Shown here: positions 61,231 through 64,000 of the stretch, one piece after another
Numbering within the stretch: position 1 is the stretch's first letter
Layout of the letters: each line of letters begins with the position of its first letter
DNA from: Vicugna vicugna
Lineage: Eukaryota
Length of the DNA stretch: 64,000 nucleotides
Assembly: GCA_013265495.1 (NCBI GenBank)
Contig: MU058198.1
Location: 3,608,419 to 3,672,418 of the forward strand
Direction: 5' to 3'
Position numbers and translations under genes: made by a program
The notes under the pieces: model-generated
Told to the model about the DNA's origin: nothing
The model's database searches: none
Seen by the model: the letters and a program-made list of their open reading frames with translations, nothing else

Positions 61231-63424
61231 CCAATTGGCTCACTCGCCAGGTAAATGTGTATGTGTTTCCACAGCTTGCCAGTGGAGACCGCTGGGATGA
61301 GCATCTTAAAATTTCATTTTTAAAGTGTATTAGAAAAAAACATAATTTGCCCATCCATCCCACGAGTTCACACGCTTACTGAGTTGTCTTTTTAAATAGG
61401 TTTAGGTAGAAATGGCATGCTGAGTTAAAGAAAAGCTCCAAGTAAGTAATATTATAGATTAGTATGGACACATGCAAAATTAGAACGACTCAAGACTGAA
61501 GTTTGAGAAAGTGTTACCATGATCCTTTTTTCTGTTTGGATTACTAAAATCAAGAGCTTGTACTTCCTGTGTGCAGGGCACTGTGCTGGGAGCTTTAATC
61601 ATCATAGCCAGTCCATAAGGTGGATACTGTTTTTATCTCCATTTTTATGGGGCAAGGAACCAGAGACTCAGAGTGGTTAAGGCACTTGCCTGAGGCCACA
61701 CAGTTAACACCAGAGCCCATGTTTGTCAACTTCTTTGTGTTCTGACAGTATTTCCAACTGGGATCTTCAGGTTGGCCTTGCCTGTCTACCTCCTAGGAAA
61801 TGTACCTTCGGGGTATATTTTGTGGCCTGCAAAGGTCGGGGGACAATACAGTCTGAATTTACAGGCTTCTGTGATGTCCTCCTCTGACTGACACTGTTGG
61901 CCTGTGCTTTCTTGGCCTTTGTGTTTCAACTTAGCTTCCTTATTCCTGTAGCTTTGCCTCGGCCCAGGCAGATTTCAGCCCACCTGTGCACAAAGCCACA
62001 TGGCCCATTCAGACTGAAAGAGGCTATTTTAGGTTTTGGTTTAGAGGTTTAAAGTTTTTTTTTTTTTGATTTCTGATCTGTGCTTCCTTCCTCCTTAGCT
62101 GCTTGTGCCTGGAGTCAGGTGATAAATTGAAGATGCTGAGCTGGGATCTGCTTGTCCTTTGGTCCTGGGTGGGTGGGTGTTCACAGGGAAGACTCCGGTT
62201 TGGGGGTGGGGATGGGGAGCTCCAAGGGACTGGACACTGGCTGGTGCCATATTTGTGTGGGATGAAAAGTGTCCTCATCTGTAACCCCCTGTCAGGTGGG
62301 AGACCCTCTGGGAAGGCTGAGGAGCAGGGAGGCTGCCAGGTGACACTCAGGTGTTCCCACTCTCTTGCCCTTGCATCTCTGTAGCCTGACGGGGGTGCTC
62401 TGTGCGTGGTGGTGGTGATTGCAACCCCACGACCTCCATCACAACTAACTGACCACCGTGCCACATGCTGTGGTGCCAAGGCTGGGGAGCCCTGGGCAAG
62501 TCACTGCATCTCTGCATGCCTCGATTTCCTCATCTGTAAAGTAGGGGGCAGTACATAGTACATTCTTCATACAGTGTTATGAGGATTCAATGAGCTAATA
62601 ACTGGTAACTCCATGAGCTCCTGGCCTGAGTAAACGCCCAATAAATGTTAACTCTGACTCATGGAATATTTATCGAGCATCTTCCGTATGCCAGGTACAG
62701 TATATGCCCTGGGATGCCATGGTGGGCAAAATTCCCCCATGTTGCTTGCAGCTAAGTGTGAGAGAGATGCAATTAAACATGCGATTACAACATAGTGCTT
62801 TAAATGCTAAGCTGGGAAAGATGCTGGGGGGTAGGGCATGGAAATTATTTCTTTTAGTTCCACCATTAAAGCGTAAGTTCCATGAGAGCAGGCCTTCTGT
62901 CTCTCTTCCTCACAGTTGAATCCCCAGTGCTTAGGAAGAACCTGGCTCTCAGGAAACACTTCCTGGGTGAATGAACAAAGGAAAGCAGGAAGGAAGTGAT
63001 GTTTTAGCTGGACCTGAATGATGAGGCATCAGTGAAGTTGGGGCTTGAGGAGAAAAGAGAGTGTAACCTGGTGCATCCCATCTCTGGAGCCAGGCAGACC
63101 CCAGTGAGGCCCAGCTCTGTGAGGAGCCAGCTGGTTGACCTGGGAGAAGGTCCTGCTCCCTCATCTGGGTCTGGTTCGTCATCACTGCAATGGGAGTGAG
63201 TAACACCTTCCATGTGGCTGTCACTTGGCATGTGGGCCGCTGCCAGTCGAGGATGTTTTCTTTTTCCTTCCCTTCTTTGTGCCACTTGGCATCTGCTGAT
63301 GCTGAGATGGAGAAGGTTCTTGATGATAATATCTGGTCAGAAATGGTTGACTCCTTCTTGCTGGGATTCCCTGCTGAGATATATGCATGGAAGAAAGTGC
63401 ACAGCCAGCAAAGGGTTACTTCAT

Positions 63425-64000
63425 TGTTAGTTGGGGTTTTGCCTCAAGTCTCGAAGTAGAGCTCAGGAGGCCCTCAGAGACTCCTCTACCTAGGTAGACC
63501 TGAGGAAATTAAAAACCTGCTGAAAACGAATTCGTGGCTCCTTTAAGGTCAGCCTATCAGGGAACTCAGAGGGAATACAAGAACCAAGAGGAGAGAGAGA
63601 ACTTAACCCCAGGGCTTGGAGTGGAGTTGACCCAGGCCACTCATGCCCAACCTTCTTAGGACAAGATCATGGTACCTGGACCCAGCAGCCTCCTGGGAGA
63701 CATGAGCGAGAGAGAAAGATGGCAGGTACGGCTTTTAAAGCATGTGCAGGCTCCGCCCACCGAGGCTGGGCCAATCAGTGTCTTGGAAACTGACCCACCC
63801 AATTGGCTCTCCTCCTTCTTGGAGACTAGGTAGGGGAATGAGAGAAGCCGTGAGCTCCCCCTACAGGCCAATACTAGTCATGAACAGGTGGGGGTTTTTT
63901 AAGGTGGATTTGAGGCACTAATTTCTCAACTTTAAGGTGAATTCTCAAAGGGCGGGCACAGGGGAAGCGTTTTATGGCACCGAGTACCAGGACTCTTTCT
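63425..64000 (-). mobile_element. Probable ERV LTR, antisense to PRKCB, running off the window end
   Basis: Minus-strand order of CCAAT boxes, GC box, TTTAAAA and a CT-rich tract is typical of an LTR U3/R region; family not recognised. Confidence 0.4.

Larger units (their letters stand above)
39110..64000 (+). other. PRKCB: PRKCB intron downstream of the exon (5' part of intron 3)
   Basis: Starts GTAAGT; the next exon (DPRSKHKFKIHTY...) was not seen in the window. Confidence 0.85.

Noticed and set aside
1..64000. A novel multi-gene system, CRISPR array or operon
   Set aside because: The sequence is mammalian intron. There is no regularly spaced repeat-spacer array and no gene-dense ORF cluster; recurring sequences are dispersed retrotransposon copies.

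Overview
This is mammalian nuclear DNA, most likely camelid (alpaca, llama or camel), judged from four tRNA-Ala-derived Vic-1-type SINEs and the absence of recognisable Alu, Bov-A/BovB or PRE SINEs. The window lies inside the protein kinase C beta gene (PRKCB, + strand). It contains one 83-bp coding exon at 39027-39109 ([29 protein letters not shown]-terminal half of the C1A zinc finger, equivalent to human exon 3). The rest is intron, densely filled with MIR, L2, old and young L1 fragments, MaLR/ERVL/ERV1 LTRs and hAT/Tigger DNA transposon relics. I found no evidence for a new multi-gene system. The most unusual signals are (a) splice architecture around the exon: an A-free 77-nt pyrimidine tract implying a distal branch point, and a hairpin just past the donor; and (b) several well-preserved non-canonical retrotransposition products: a TSD-flanked L1 5'-end-only insertion, a twin-primed L1 inversion, a double insertion at one target, a possible short L1-tail subfamily, and a possible retroposed AT-rich non-repeat insert. 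Repeat family names come from recalled consensus sequences, not a database search, and boundaries of old repeats are approximate.
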